A stretch of DNA of 64,000 bases from Gemmatales bacterium (GTDB taxonomy: Bacteria; Planctomycetota; Planctomycetia; Gemmatales; HRBIN36), in NCBI GenBank assembly GCA_041640595.1, contig JBEPZY010000004.1, positions 32,001 to 96,000 on the forward strand. The letters run 5' to 3'. This document shows positions 9,536 through 19,415 of this stretch, one piece after another. Both the position numbers and the translations under genes were made by a program. How positions within the stretch are numbered: the first letter of the stretch is position 1; each line of letters starts with the position of its first letter. The notes under the pieces were generated by a model, which was not told where the DNA came from, ran no database searches, and saw nothing but the letters and a program-made list of their open reading frames with translations.

Positions 9536-10891
9536 CTAGCGTTCCGTGGCCGGAATATGCACGACAGTTAGTGCGCAGATGTTGAAAGTGTACCGTGACT
9601 GGGGCGGCTGAGCACCGGGAGTACCCGCGTAATAACCGTTCCAGGTTATATAGACCTTATCACCTTCCGGTGAAATCGAGATGCCATAAGTGCCCATAGG
9701 AATATATCCGTACTTGTTCCAGCAGAAAGGATGCAGGAAAGCAATGACCTTGCGTGTACCGGTTTTCAAGTCGTATTGCACCAGGGGAGACCCGTCGCGT
9801 TCGGCGCCACCGTGAGCGCCGGCCACGAAATACAGGTAGCGCCAGGTTTTCGGGTCAATGGCAAGGGAAGTAATATAGTCCGCCTGGCCTATGACCAGTT
9901 TACCGAGCGGCCGGGATGTTTCTTTGCGTGTGTCGAATTCCCAGAACTCACCCGTATCGGTGGTGTAAACTTTGCCGTCGGGTGTTTCTTCGCTGGCGGC
10001 GCGTAAACCTAATTCCGCATGGACGGGTACTGGTCGGCCAGGCTTGGCCGGATCGAAACAAACTAAGCCGGTGCGTCGGCCAGCTTTATAGGGGCCAGGA
10101 TGAAAATAAACCTTGCCCGTGGATCGCGCAAGGATTAGAGCACGACCGGGTCCCGCTTCGTCGCTATAAAGTACCTGGCGACGTCCAACGTCGTAAACCA
10201 GGAACATCACCCGTGGATTGCTGCGGTCACCGTCCGCAGTACCAGCGTAATAAAGGAGGCGGTCGGGATCAAGCAAACCGGTTGGCAAGCACTGGTTTGC
10301 TAAAGGAGCGTGAGCGACAATTTCGGCCTTTTCCGTTTGCGGGTGGTAGCGGATAATCCAGTCGCCCTTGTAATGATATTGCGGTGTGGTCACATTGGTC
10401 GGGCCGCGGTGAGTCGAGAAATAGATCCAGCCATCCTTGCCCGCGGTCAGATGGGAGTGGATTTTGCCTGGCGTATAATGACCCGGAGGCAGGTTCAGCA
10501 GACGGCGAACGTCCACGACAATGCGGAAGGATTGGTCGCGGCTGTTGTAAGCAAAGACGCGAGCAGTGCCTTCCGGCCCCTTATGGTCGCCGATCGCCGA
10601 GTAATAAACGTCGCCGACGACACAGCCCTGACCCCAATTCGACCAGGGATTGCCTGGGTAATCCTGGCCGGGATAGTAAGCGAAATCCACGCGGGGTGGT
10701 GTGCGGGCAACGCGAACATCTGCGGGCAAAGCGATGCTCGAGCGGAGCAACTGACCGTCGCTATCACTGACGAGGCTACGGTCGCCCGGCAAGCGTGGCG
10801 GAAAGAGACTGGCATCCACCTTGCGTTGAGCCGGGGCCAGCGACACCAGAGCCATAACCATTACCGACAGGGCCAGTGCGGGACGCAGCAT
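9536..10891 (-). CDS. Secreted hypothetical protein, probable beta-propeller
   Basis: Signal peptide MLRPALALSVMVMALVSLAPA; repeated short beta-strand/YD motifs; GKIHS..DGWIYFSTH. Confidence 0.6.
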   Translation of the reverse strand: MLRPALALSVMVMALVSLAPAQRKVDASLFPPRLPGDRSLVSDSDGQLLRSSIALPADVRVARTPPRVDFAYYPGQDYPGNPWSNWGQGCVVGDVYYSAIGDHKGPEGTARVFAYNSRDQSFRIVVDVRRLLNLPPGHYTPGKIHSHLTAGKDGWIYFSTHRGPTNVTTPQYHYKGDWIIRYHPQTEKAEIVAHAPLANQCLPTGLLDPDRLLYYAGTADGDRSNPRVMFLVYDVGRRQVLYSDEAGPGRALILARSTGKVYFHPGPYKAGRRTGLVCFDPAKPGRPVPVHAELGLRAASEETPDGKVYTTDTGEFWEFDTRKETSRPLGKLVIGQADYITSLAIDPKTWRYLYFVAGAHGGAERDGSPLVQYDLKTGTRKVIAFLHPFCWNKYGYIPMGTYGISISPEGDKVYITWNGYYAGTPGAQPPQSRYTFNICALTVVHIPATER

Positions 10892-11017
10892 AGGCAGGCT
10901 CCTTGTGAGTGAATCAGGGGCGGGGTTGTGCCGAGCCGATGCCATTATTAGAATGCGCAACTTGTCGGTCGTCCAGCGTTATACTGACGGAGTCGCCGGA
11001 ACGAGAGAGGGCAAACT

Positions 11018-13255
11018 ATGAAGCATTATCCTGCCGCGATGCTGATGCTGGTGGCCGGGTTACTGGGCCTGGCCGGAACCTGGGTAAGTTCGCAAGACGA
11101 ACCGGCCGAGCCCGATCCGACGGCCTTTTTGCTGCCGGACGGTTTTGCTGGCGAAAATGGCCAGGTTCCGGAAGGTGCTAAGCCGGTTTTGCGTGGTCCG
11201 GTGCACGAAGCGTTTGCGCAACCCTCCCGGGTCAAGCCCCAGCCAGGACCGATTGTTCCCAAGGAACCGCCAAAACCTATCGAGGAGATTCCGCCCGATC
11301 AGAAACCAGCGGGCGAGAACGTGCAGTGGATTCCCGGCTACTGGTTCTGGGATGAGGAGAAGCAGGAGTTCTTATGGGTAAGCGGCATCTGGCGGGCCAT
11401 TCCGCCCGGTATGGAATGGGTACCGGGAACCTGGATCCGCGTCGAAACCGGCTGGCAGTGGATACCCGGCTACTGGAAACCTGTCGCCCAGAGGGAAGTC
11501 GAGGTCGTTCCTGAACCGCCCGAACCGCCACCGCTGGCCGAGCCTCCTCCGCCTCCCGGTCCCGATTACTTTTACGTACCGGGCAACTGGGTTTATGTCG
11601 GCTACCGCTGGTACTGGCGGCCGGGAGTCTGGGTGGCTTATCGTCCCGGTTGGGTTTGGGTTCCCGCTTGCTATTACTGGACGCCTTACGGTTACATTTT
11701 CGTGGACGGCTACTGGGATTATCCGCTGCGGTATCGCGGTTGGCTGTTTTGCCCGATCTGGGTAGATTTCGCGGTGTGCTACCGTCCGGGCTGGTTCTGG
11801 CGGCCCTGCTACTGGGTACCGGAACCGTGCCTGGTCTCGTTTATGTTCGTGCACACCCGGCGGTTCTGCTTTTTCTTCGGGGATTATTACGACCCGTTTT
11901 ATGCCCGAAGCGGGGTGATTTCGATCTACTACTACCGCGTGCATCGGCATTGTTACGACCCGCTGGTGAGCTATTACGCCTTCGATTACGGCCGGCGCGA
12001 TCCGAACTGGCTCGCACAACAGCGAACCCTGGTGCAGGCACGCATGCAGGGCACAGCGCCGCGGCCTCCTCGCACCATGGAAGAACAGCGAAAGCTCCTG
12101 GCCAGCGCTGCCGGCGATCCCGAACGCCAGGCGAAATTGCGACAACTGGTCGTCGCTGGCTCCGTCAATCGTGTCAACCCCAAAACCGTCTCTGTGCAGA
12201 AACTCGACGACAAACAGCTGGCCACTCTCCGCAAATCCATCGAGGAAACACGCCAGGTGCAAATCCAGCGGGCAGCGCTGGAACGCAAGCTCGCCGAAAC
12301 CAAACCCGTAGCGGGCAAACCACCGGCCAGGATTCAGCCTGTCGCGGTCAAATCCACCGCTGAGATAAAGGTAAGCAAACCGCCACCCCCACCGCCTGTA
12401 GCTGCGAAGGAAACGCTCAAGCCCCCGACCACGACTGTCACCCCACCGAAAGAGCCGGCGAAACCCGGTACCGAGAAACCGGCGGCAGATAAGCCACCTC
12501 AGCCGGGCAAAACCAGCGAAGGCATCAAACCGACCCGGCCAAGCGACGAGAAAACCAAGCCTGCTCCCTCCAAACCGGAAAGCCCATCGAAGAAACCAAC
12601 CGGAAGCGGCCAACCGGCACCGTCTCCGCGACCCAGCGACAAACCCGTTTCGCCGAGCAAGTCCCCTGAAAAGTCGCCGCCCGGCAAACCCAGCGCGACA
12701 CCGGGGCCGGGTTCGACGGTAGAGCGGCAACCCACTCCTGCACCAAAACCGCCTTCGTCTCCTTCACCGTCGCCACAACCCGCTCCTGCACCGCCGCCCA
12801 CAAACCGACTCGGCTCGGGTTCTTCGACGCCTTCAGCACCGCCGATTCGCGCTCCTGAACCGCGACCATCTCCGGCACGTCCCAGCGGTCCGCCCGAACG
12901 CAGCGCTCCGCCGGGTTCCCGACCGGAACGCTCTGGGCGACCGGAATCGGCCATTCCCACTCCGCCAACGCGCGACACGGTCATAGTCCCGGCACCGCCG
13001 TCTGCTAATGCGAACGTCTCGCGCGCCGGCATCGTATCACCATCACAAGACCCGCAACGCAGCGTACCGGTTCGCAGCATCTCTTCGGGCGATTTCGTGA
13101 GCCCACCGTCGGATGGCAGGCCTAGGTCGATCGTGCCCGACCGGATCGTGCCCCCGGCAACCACTTCACGCACCGTAGCTCCAAATCTTCCCCGCGTTGT
13201 TCCCGGCACCGAACGCGGTTCGCCGCCTCCCAGTCGCAGCCCCCGCAGGGATTAG
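11018..13255 (+). CDS. YXWGXW-repeat secreted protein with long Pro/Ser/Lys-rich tail
   Basis: Signal peptide; GPVHEAFAQP; many WIPGYW/WVPG.W repeats; low-complexity C-terminal ~300 aa. Confidence 0.8.
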   Translation: MKHYPAAMLMLVAGLLGLAGTWVSSQDEPAEPDPTAFLLPDGFAGENGQVPEGAKPVLRGPVHEAFAQPSRVKPQPGPIVPKEPPKPIEEIPPDQKPAGENVQWIPGYWFWDEEKQEFLWVSGIWRAIPPGMEWVPGTWIRVETGWQWIPGYWKPVAQREVEVVPEPPEPPPLAEPPPPPGPDYFYVPGNWVYVGYRWYWRPGVWVAYRPGWVWVPACYYWTPYGYIFVDGYWDYPLRYRGWLFCPIWVDFAVCYRPGWFWRPCYWVPEPCLVSFMFVHTRRFCFFFGDYYDPFYARSGVISIYYYRVHRHCYDPLVSYYAFDYGRRDPNWLAQQRTLVQARMQGTAPRPPRTMEEQRKLLASAAGDPERQAKLRQLVVAGSVNRVNPKTVSVQKLDDKQLATLRKSIEETRQVQIQRAALERKLAETKPVAGKPPARIQPVAVKSTAEIKVSKPPPPPPVAAKETLKPPTTTVTPPKEPAKPGTEKPAADKPPQPGKTSEGIKPTRPSDEKTKPAPSKPESPSKKPTGSGQPAPSPRPSDKPVSPSKSPEKSPPGKPSATPGPGSTVERQPTPAPKPPSSPSPSPQPAPAPPPTNRLGSGSSTPSAPPIRAPEPRPSPARPSGPPERSAPPGSRPERSGRPESAIPTPPTRDTVIVPAPPSANANVSRAGIVSPSQDPQRSVPVRSISSGDFVSPPSDGRPRSIVPDRIVPPATTSRTVAPNLPRVVPGTERGSPPPSRSPRRD

Positions 13256-13477
13256 AAGACGCCGAGGTGCCTTCGATTCGACAATCAGACCGATGGCACC
13301 GGCTGCTAGTTGATTTCGCTTGGCAGGATTGACAGCACCGCTACCGACCTTCCATAGCGTGCAACCTTTGTGGTCGCCGGCGATGATTTTCGTGCATGCC
13401 GACCGTGGTGGGCTGATGGCAATCTGCGGCAGTACGGCAACGGTAACGCCTGGGCTAAGCTGGCGGAAACACGCAAG

Positions 13478-13716
13478 GGTTAGCCGCCATGCAAATGCTC
13501 CGTCCAGCTCAACTCGGTGTAATCATCGTGCCGGGAATACGTGGCAGATGCCGAAAAAGTATTCGCTTGCTTACCCGAAATCGGCGTAATTATCGTGCTG
13601 CGAATACCCGGTTAGCCGATGTGCAAATGCGGCGTGCAACACCTAATTGTAGTGGAAGAACGCCACATCGTGCTGCGAATACCCGGTTAGCCGATACGCA
13701 AATGCCCCGTCCAGCC
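13478..13716. repeat. Direct repeat family (two near-identical 39-bp copies plus one partial)
   Basis: atcgtgctgcgaatacccggttagccgat(gt/ac)gcaaatgc at 13592 and 13667 (75-bp period); partial copy ggttagccgccatgcaaatgctccgtccagc at 13478-13508. Confidence 0.8.
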
Positions 13717-13758
13717 CACGGGGAATGTTCCCGGGTCAACCAATGCGGAAATGCTCGC

Positions 13759-13950
13759 GGGCAGGCACAGGGGACTGCCCCTACCGGTTGCGTGGCACCG
13801 CATTGTACTGGCCGATGGCCGACCATAGACCCGGCGGCGCAGGGGACTGCCCCTACCGAGTCCGTTGCACCAACGTCGGTCCATCTGAAGACGGCATGCA
13901 CAGGGCCTGCCCGCACTCATACGGGGGCAAGCACAGGGGCTTGCCCCTAC
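13759..13950 (-). repeat. GTAG-type REP elements (3 copies plus 1 degenerate)
   Basis: On -, GTAGGGGCAGTCCCCTGTGCCTGCCC-like units ending on + at 13784, 13856 and 13950; degenerate copy at ~13898-13916. Confidence 0.85.
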
Positions 13951-14044
13951 CGATTCGGCTGCACTAATTCTGTTGCACGAATGGCGGTCGTTTTCACAAC
14001 GCTGCTAGCAACTCCGCGCCGACTATCCGGCATCGCGTGTTTTG

Positions 14045-14494
14045 TTACAGGTTCATGTCGATGGTGGCCATCGTGAGGTGGTGGAATAACAGTTCTTTCG
14101 TTTCAAAGAAGAAATAGACCAAGCCTGTGGACTCGTTTATCAGGTCCCAGTCGGGCATGACGATGTCCAGGACCCCGGCGACAAGTTCCATCTCTGGCTG
14201 GCACTGGCACGGGTCCGTCTCTACATCTATCCAGACGTTTTTTTCCGACTTGTGGCCGTTGGTGTCGTTATCGCAGACCTGGTATTGCAGGCAATCGGCA
14301 CACTTGAAACCGTGGCGTGCCTCGTAGTTCATCATCATCACTTTCGGATTCCTCAGCTCGGGTCGAAAGCTGGGCAGACGGGCGATGTACCGATCCTTGA
14401 TTTGCTCGATCTTGGCCTTCTGCTCCTCGGTCAGTTGACCGGATTTGGCAACCAGCTGGCAATAGGTTTCCCAGGCGTCGCTGATTTGGGACAT
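14045..14494 (-). CDS. Hypothetical protein with several Cys motifs (CADC, CQC)
   Basis: 149-aa ORF with strong SD aaggaggt; no recognisable family. Confidence 0.65.
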   Translation of the reverse strand: MSQISDAWETYCQLVAKSGQLTEEQKAKIEQIKDRYIARLPSFRPELRNPKVMMMNYEARHGFKCADCLQYQVCDNDTNGHKSEKNVWIDVETDPCQCQPEMELVAGVLDIVMPDWDLINESTGLVYFFFETKELLFHHLTMATIDMNL

Positions 14495-15044
14495 TGCCTA
14501 CCTCCTTTGATACCGGGACTGGGGTCGCGACAACGGCGGTGGACTCCAGGCGTTTCCCTTCAAATCACACTCAAGCCAGACAAATGGACAGAGAAAATAA
14601 ATCGCAATCCGGTACGGCCAACGACCAGTTAATTCCCCCGCAGAATGTTAGACCAACACTTCTTGCGCTTCAAAGTTTCGTGGATGCCAGCAAAGCGAGA
14701 GTTCGTCTTGCAGGCTAACGCAAACGAATTGTACTCATCTGCCGACACCGGTCAAGCGTCGGTCGCAACAATAACGTCCGGCATCCACTGATAACGATTC
14801 CGAGCCGATGCACCCCGCAGCGTCGGTCGCGGCAATTGCGTTCCACTGCGCATCAGAGAGCGTCGGGCGGGATGTTTCGCTCGACCGAGTATGGCATCGA
14901 GCACCGCCGGGACTGCCGACTAGGCGAGCGGCACGTCAGTATCCCGGCAAGTGCTGTCTATTGGCGCCGGCAGAGGATGGCGGGGTGCTGGAATGTGAAG
15001 TACCGCGTGAGTATCGCGGCAAAGACGGCCCATCGGCTTCCGTG

Positions 15045-16994
15045 TCAGCTTTCGTCGCCGTTGCGGACACGGATGCGGATGCCGGTGGTGATGGGCGGAG
15101 TGAAATCGGGCAGAATCTGGTTGCCGACACTGTCGCGGATACTGCTCTGGACGGTATTCCGCGGTCGGGCCAGCGGCGTGAGGATATTGATGCCGTCAAT
15201 ATCCTGGTCCTCTTCCTGCACGACGTAACGGAAGACCAGTTGATTGGTACCGCTGCCGGAAACATATTCCGCCTTACGAACACGTCCACCGATCAACAGC
15301 CGCAGGAAGGGCTTGTGGCCGTTCGTGAAATTGACGAATACGGGCTTGCTGAACCGCACGGTGAAGTTGAGTTCCTGATCTTTGGTATAATTGCCATTTT
15401 GCGGCACCTGAATTTCCTCAATCCGTGGCAGAACGGCATCTACTTTGATGCCCGCGGTAGCAGGTGGGGTGAAACTCAGGTCAGCGTCGTTCCCAGCGGC
15501 GTCGCGGATGGTCGCACCGTTGAGCATAATGACGTTCAGCACCTCGATGCCGTCATTATCCACCTCCCCAGGCTGTAATCGGTAGCCGAAGACCAGATAG
15601 TTACCGCCGCTGCCCCACAAATACTGGGCTTCACGCAATTGATTGCCGACGCGAATGAGTAAACTCGGCGTGCCACCGGAGACATTCACCGGCTGGTCGA
15701 AGAAGATGCGGAAATCCAGCCGTTTATTGGCGGGATAAGTACCATCCGCTGGTTTGCCGACATTGTTGATGTTTGGAGCCACACCGTCCACCTGGACGCC
15801 CGGCATCGGCCAGACCGTGAAATTCAGGTCGGCGTCATTCCCCGCGTTATCCTTGATGGTCCCGCCGTTCAGTTGAATGGGTGAAGCCACGGTAATGCCA
15901 TCGGTGTCGAGATGGCCTGCTTGCACGGTATAGCGGAAGGTCAACGTCGCGGTCCCACTACCGGTCAGGTACGTGGCATAAACGGTGGTGCTACCCACGG
16001 TCAGCTGCACCCGCGGCGTTCCGGTGGCGGTGTTAACAACCACCGGCTCACTGAAAGTGAACTGGAAATCCAGATTGTCGCCGGTCTTGTATGTGCCGTT
16101 GGCCGGTGGCGTAATGCTGACAATTGTCGGCACAATGCCGTCCACCAGAATGCCTCCGGTGGGTGGCGAAGTAAACGCCGTCGCCGCATCATTCCCAGCG
16201 GCGTCGCGTATGGTCGCACCGTTCAAATCAATGCCGCCCACCAGGCCGATGCCGTTGGTGTCATTGTCGCCTGCCTGCACGGTGTAACTGAACGTCAGGG
16301 TATTCGAGCCGCTACCGCTCACGTAATTGGCAAACCGGGTCGTGCCGCCTATGTCCAGCGTCAATCTCGGTGTACCGCCGCTGACCAGAACATTTTCCGA
16401 GTACGTTATCGTGAAATTGAGCGTGGCTCCAATGCCATAGGTACCGTTACTTGGCACCGTAACGCTGGTGATGCTGGGCGGCACGCCGTCCACAACGGTG
16501 CCCGAAGTAGCGACAGCTGCAAAGGTCGGATCGAAGGTGCCTCCGCCGTCGGGAGTAATGGTGCCACCGTTCAGTTGAATGGGCGACACGAGGTTGATAG
16601 TACCATCGCTGTCCAGGTCACCGAGGCCGACGGTGTATTGAAATAACAGTGTGGTTACACCGGTTCCGGTTGGTCCGGCGTAAGGCACGTTGACTGTGCC
16701 GCTGTCGAGCTGAATCGTAAGGCTGGGAGTACCACTCGCGGTGTTGACGGTAACGTTCGAATCGGCACCAGTGAAACTGAGGTTTGCGGTGAAATTCAAC
16801 ACATCGCCCAGTTTGTATGTACCGGCCGGAGGCAAGGTCCAGCTCGTTATGGAAGCATCCGGCGTGGTGCGGGATTCCAGTGTTTCGATAAGCAATCGTG
16901 CGCGCCAGCTGGTCGGTGCGCGAGGACGATTGCGACGAGCTGCTGGCGCTACTTTGCCGACCAGTCGTCCTAACCACTTGTACCAGATGCTCAT
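15045..16994 (-). CDS. Planctomycete extracellular protein with five Ig-like repeats
   Basis: Leader RRNRPR…LLIETLESRTTP; five ~117-aa repeats with GTY..G..L.F…Y.SGSG…L.F.YTV..GD.D.DGI; SD aggag before ATG 16994. Confidence 0.8.
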   Translation of the reverse strand: MSIWYKWLGRLVGKVAPAARRNRPRAPTSWRARLLIETLESRTTPDASITSWTLPPAGTYKLGDVLNFTANLSFTGADSNVTVNTASGTPSLTIQLDSGTVNVPYAGPTGTGVTTLLFQYTVGLGDLDSDGTINLVSPIQLNGGTITPDGGGTFDPTFAAVATSGTVVDGVPPSITSVTVPSNGTYGIGATLNFTITYSENVLVSGGTPRLTLDIGGTTRFANYVSGSGSNTLTFSYTVQAGDNDTNGIGLVGGIDLNGATIRDAAGNDAATAFTSPPTGGILVDGIVPTIVSITPPANGTYKTGDNLDFQFTFSEPVVVNTATGTPRVQLTVGSTTVYATYLTGSGTATLTFRYTVQAGHLDTDGITVASPIQLNGGTIKDNAGNDADLNFTVWPMPGVQVDGVAPNINNVGKPADGTYPANKRLDFRIFFDQPVNVSGGTPSLLIRVGNQLREAQYLWGSGGNYLVFGYRLQPGEVDNDGIEVLNVIMLNGATIRDAAGNDADLSFTPPATAGIKVDAVLPRIEEIQVPQNGNYTKDQELNFTVRFSKPVFVNFTNGHKPFLRLLIGGRVRKAEYVSGSGTNQLVFRYVVQEEDQDIDGINILTPLARPRNTVQSSIRDSVGNQILPDFTPPITTGIRIRVRNGDES

Positions 16995-17191
16995 ACGGGG
17001 TCTCCTGGCTATCACTTGTCGAAGGTTTGCAGTTCATCCATATTAACACCGGCCGCATCGCTTATAGTTTCGCACCTTTGGTGGCATTAATCAAGGCAAA
17101 AAAGGAAACTTGTGACGTCGGCACAAGTAGCACAGATCGCGTGAACAGACCGTGATGCGTAATCTGGGTTTGAGAATCTTACCTGATTTGC

Positions 17192-17815
17192 CTACATTTT
17201 CAAACGGCCGCAGTATGCTTTATAAGCCCGCCAGACGTACTCGATCCCGCTGATGGCTGTTATGGCTACCGTGGCGTACAAAAGGGCGTCACGAGCCAGC
17301 CAGAAGGCTTTTTGCCAGTTTTCTGAAGGCTGCGGGTCAGCCGACCAGGCTAGCGACAGAAGTACGGCCAGCAGAGCCAGGGACTGTAAAACCATTTTTA
17401 CCTTGCCCAGAATGGCGGCACCGAAAGGGGTGCCCGTGTGTTCGAGAAAACTGCGCAAACTGGTGACAATAAGTTCCCGGCAAACGATGACGACAACCAT
17501 CCAAGCTGCCACGCCCGAATCAGGGACGGAAATTAGCAGAGTCAACGCTCCGCAAACCAGTACCTTATCGGCGAGCGGGTCGAGGTTGCGTCCCAGAGCG
17601 GTTCCGCTTTTGAGGCGGCGGGCCAGGAAGCCATCCAGCCAGTCGCTGAACGCAGCCAGTGCGAATAAGCTGGTGGCCAGCCAGAACCAGCCGGTCATAA
17701 TGCTGACAAAGACGGGAATACTCAACACGAACCTGAGCCCTGTCAACAGATTAGGCCAGTTCCAGACCACCGGTATGTTTCGGGGACTTTTGGTTTCGGT
17801 CGTTAGAGGGGCCAT
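17192..17815 (-). CDS. pgsA: CDP-diacylglycerol--glycerol-3-phosphate 3-phosphatidyltransferase
   Basis: NWPNLLT..R, DWLDGFLAR…G..LDPLADK, RELIVTSLR, GKVKMVLQ. Confidence 0.93.
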   Translation of the reverse strand: MAPLTTETKSPRNIPVVWNWPNLLTGLRFVLSIPVFVSIMTGWFWLATSLFALAAFSDWLDGFLARRLKSGTALGRNLDPLADKVLVCGALTLLISVPDSGVAAWMVVVIVCRELIVTSLRSFLEHTGTPFGAAILGKVKMVLQSLALLAVLLSLAWSADPQPSENWQKAFWLARDALLYATVAITAISGIEYVWRAYKAYCGRLKM

Positions 17816-17828
17816 ATGGATCGCCCAG

Positions 17829-19415
17829 CTAAACCGTTTGTGGTGCCGAGGGCGACGAACATGCGGATTCGCTTGCCGAAACCATTTCACCCACCAGATC
17901 ATAGCCATCGGCCGAACTGATTGTGACCGGGACTAGTTCACCAGGCCGGCATGACGAGCGGCGAACGTAAACCAACCCGTCAATCTCCGGGGCATCGGCA
18001 TAGCTGCGCCCTAGAAGTCTGCCTTGCTGATCCCGGCCTTCGATAAGGACCTGGAGCTGTCGGCCGACCTGTTTCTCCGCCCAGGCGAACGCTACCTGTT
18101 GCTGAATTTCCATTAGCCGGTTGCGTCGCGCAACTTTGACCTCTTCCGGCAGGTGGCCATCCATCCGTGCCGAAGGGGTGTCCGGCTCGTATGAGTAGGT
18201 GAACACACCCAGACGCTGGAAATGACCCTGGGCAACAAATTCGCAGAGTTCCTCGAACTGGGCTTCGGTTTCGCCAGGGAAACCGACAATCATCGTGGTG
18301 CGTAACACCAGATCGGGGATCGCTTGCCGTAACCGTCGCAACAATTGTTCGATGTCCGACCGCGTAACCCGGCGTTGCATACGGCGCAGGACACGGTCAT
18401 TGATGTGCTGCAAGGGAATGTCGAGGTAATGCAGAATTTTCTCGGAATCAGCAATCACGCTGAGAAGTTCGTCGGTGATGTACATCGGATACAGGTAGAG
18501 CAAGCGAATCCAGCGGATGCCGTCCACGGTTTCTAATTGCCGCAACAGTTCGGCGAGCATCGGTCGGCCATACAGATCGAGGCCGTAATAGGTCAGGTCC
18601 TGCGCCACCAGATTCAGTTCCACGACACCATCGCCAGCCAGTTCGCGTGCCTCGGCGAGGATTTGTTCCAGCGGTTTACTGACGTGCTTGCCTCGCATTC
18701 TGGGAATCGCACAAAACGTACAAAGCCGGTCGCATCCCTCGGAGATTTTGAGGTAGGCGTAATGGCGCGGCGTAATCCGCAAACGTGCCTGGTCGGAAAA
18801 CGGACGGGACGGGGCGGGTCGAAAGAGGGTGCGTTGTTCGACAATGGCCAGCCAGCGCGGATCGGCCGGGGATTCGTCAAGGATGGGCAATGCCCGGCGG
18901 CCTTGCTGAGAAAGTGGCAGTTCGGTGCGGGCTTGAGGCATTTCCGCTGGCGAGACTTTTGCGGATTTCTCCTCTGCCTGGTTCTTCTTTCGGCGGGATT
19001 TCTTCTGTTTCCGGTTCAGGGCGGAGGTTTTCTGCAAAACTTTCCGGCATACCTGAGCAATTTCCTCCCGGCCAAACACGCCTACCAGCGCGTCAATTTC
19101 GGGCAATTCCTGCAGGAGTTGTTCACGCAGCCGTTCCGCCAGGCAACCGGCCACCACAACCGCTTTTACCTGACCTTGCCGTTTCAGTTCCAGCATTTCG
19201 CGGATGACTGCCAGCGATTCTTGCCGCGCTGCTTCGATGAAACCGCAGGTGTTGATGATGACCAGATCGGCATCTTCCGGTTCTGGCGTCAGGATCAGGC
19301 CGTCCTGCGCCAGAAGCCCCAACATCCGTTCGGAATCGACCGTGTTTTTCGCGCAGCCGAGACTGACGAAGGCGAAAGAGGCGCTGGGCTTTCGGTGGGT
19401 TGCTGTCCGCGACAA
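17829..19415 (-). CDS. rimO: Ribosomal protein S12 methylthiotransferase (radical SAM, TRAM)
   Basis: SLGCAKNTVDSE, INTCGFI, YAYLKISEGCDRLCTFCAIP, DAPEIDG. Start placed at TTG 19415 after SD ggggag. Confidence 0.95.
   Translation of the reverse strand: MSRTATHRKPSASFAFVSLGCAKNTVDSERMLGLLAQDGLILTPEPEDADLVIINTCGFIEAARQESLAVIREMLELKRQGQVKAVVVAGCLAERLREQLLQELPEIDALVGVFGREEIAQVCRKVLQKTSALNRKQKKSRRKKNQAEEKSAKVSPAEMPQARTELPLSQQGRRALPILDESPADPRWLAIVEQRTLFRPAPSRPFSDQARLRITPRHYAYLKISEGCDRLCTFCAIPRMRGKHVSKPLEQILAEARELAGDGVVELNLVAQDLTYYGLDLYGRPMLAELLRQLETVDGIRWIRLLYLYPMYITDELLSVIADSEKILHYLDIPLQHINDRVLRRMQRRVTRSDIEQLLRRLRQAIPDLVLRTTMIVGFPGETEAQFEELCEFVAQGHFQRLGVFTYSYEPDTPSARMDGHLPEEVKVARRNRLMEIQQQVAFAWAEKQVGRQLQVLIEGRDQQGRLLGRSYADAPEIDGLVYVRRSSCRPGELVPVTISSADGYDLVGEMVSASESACSSPSAPQTV

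Noticed and set aside
13489..14076. 195-aa ORF and overlapping frames
   Set aside because: Built from the direct repeats and REP units (AQGTAPT x2); probably spurious.
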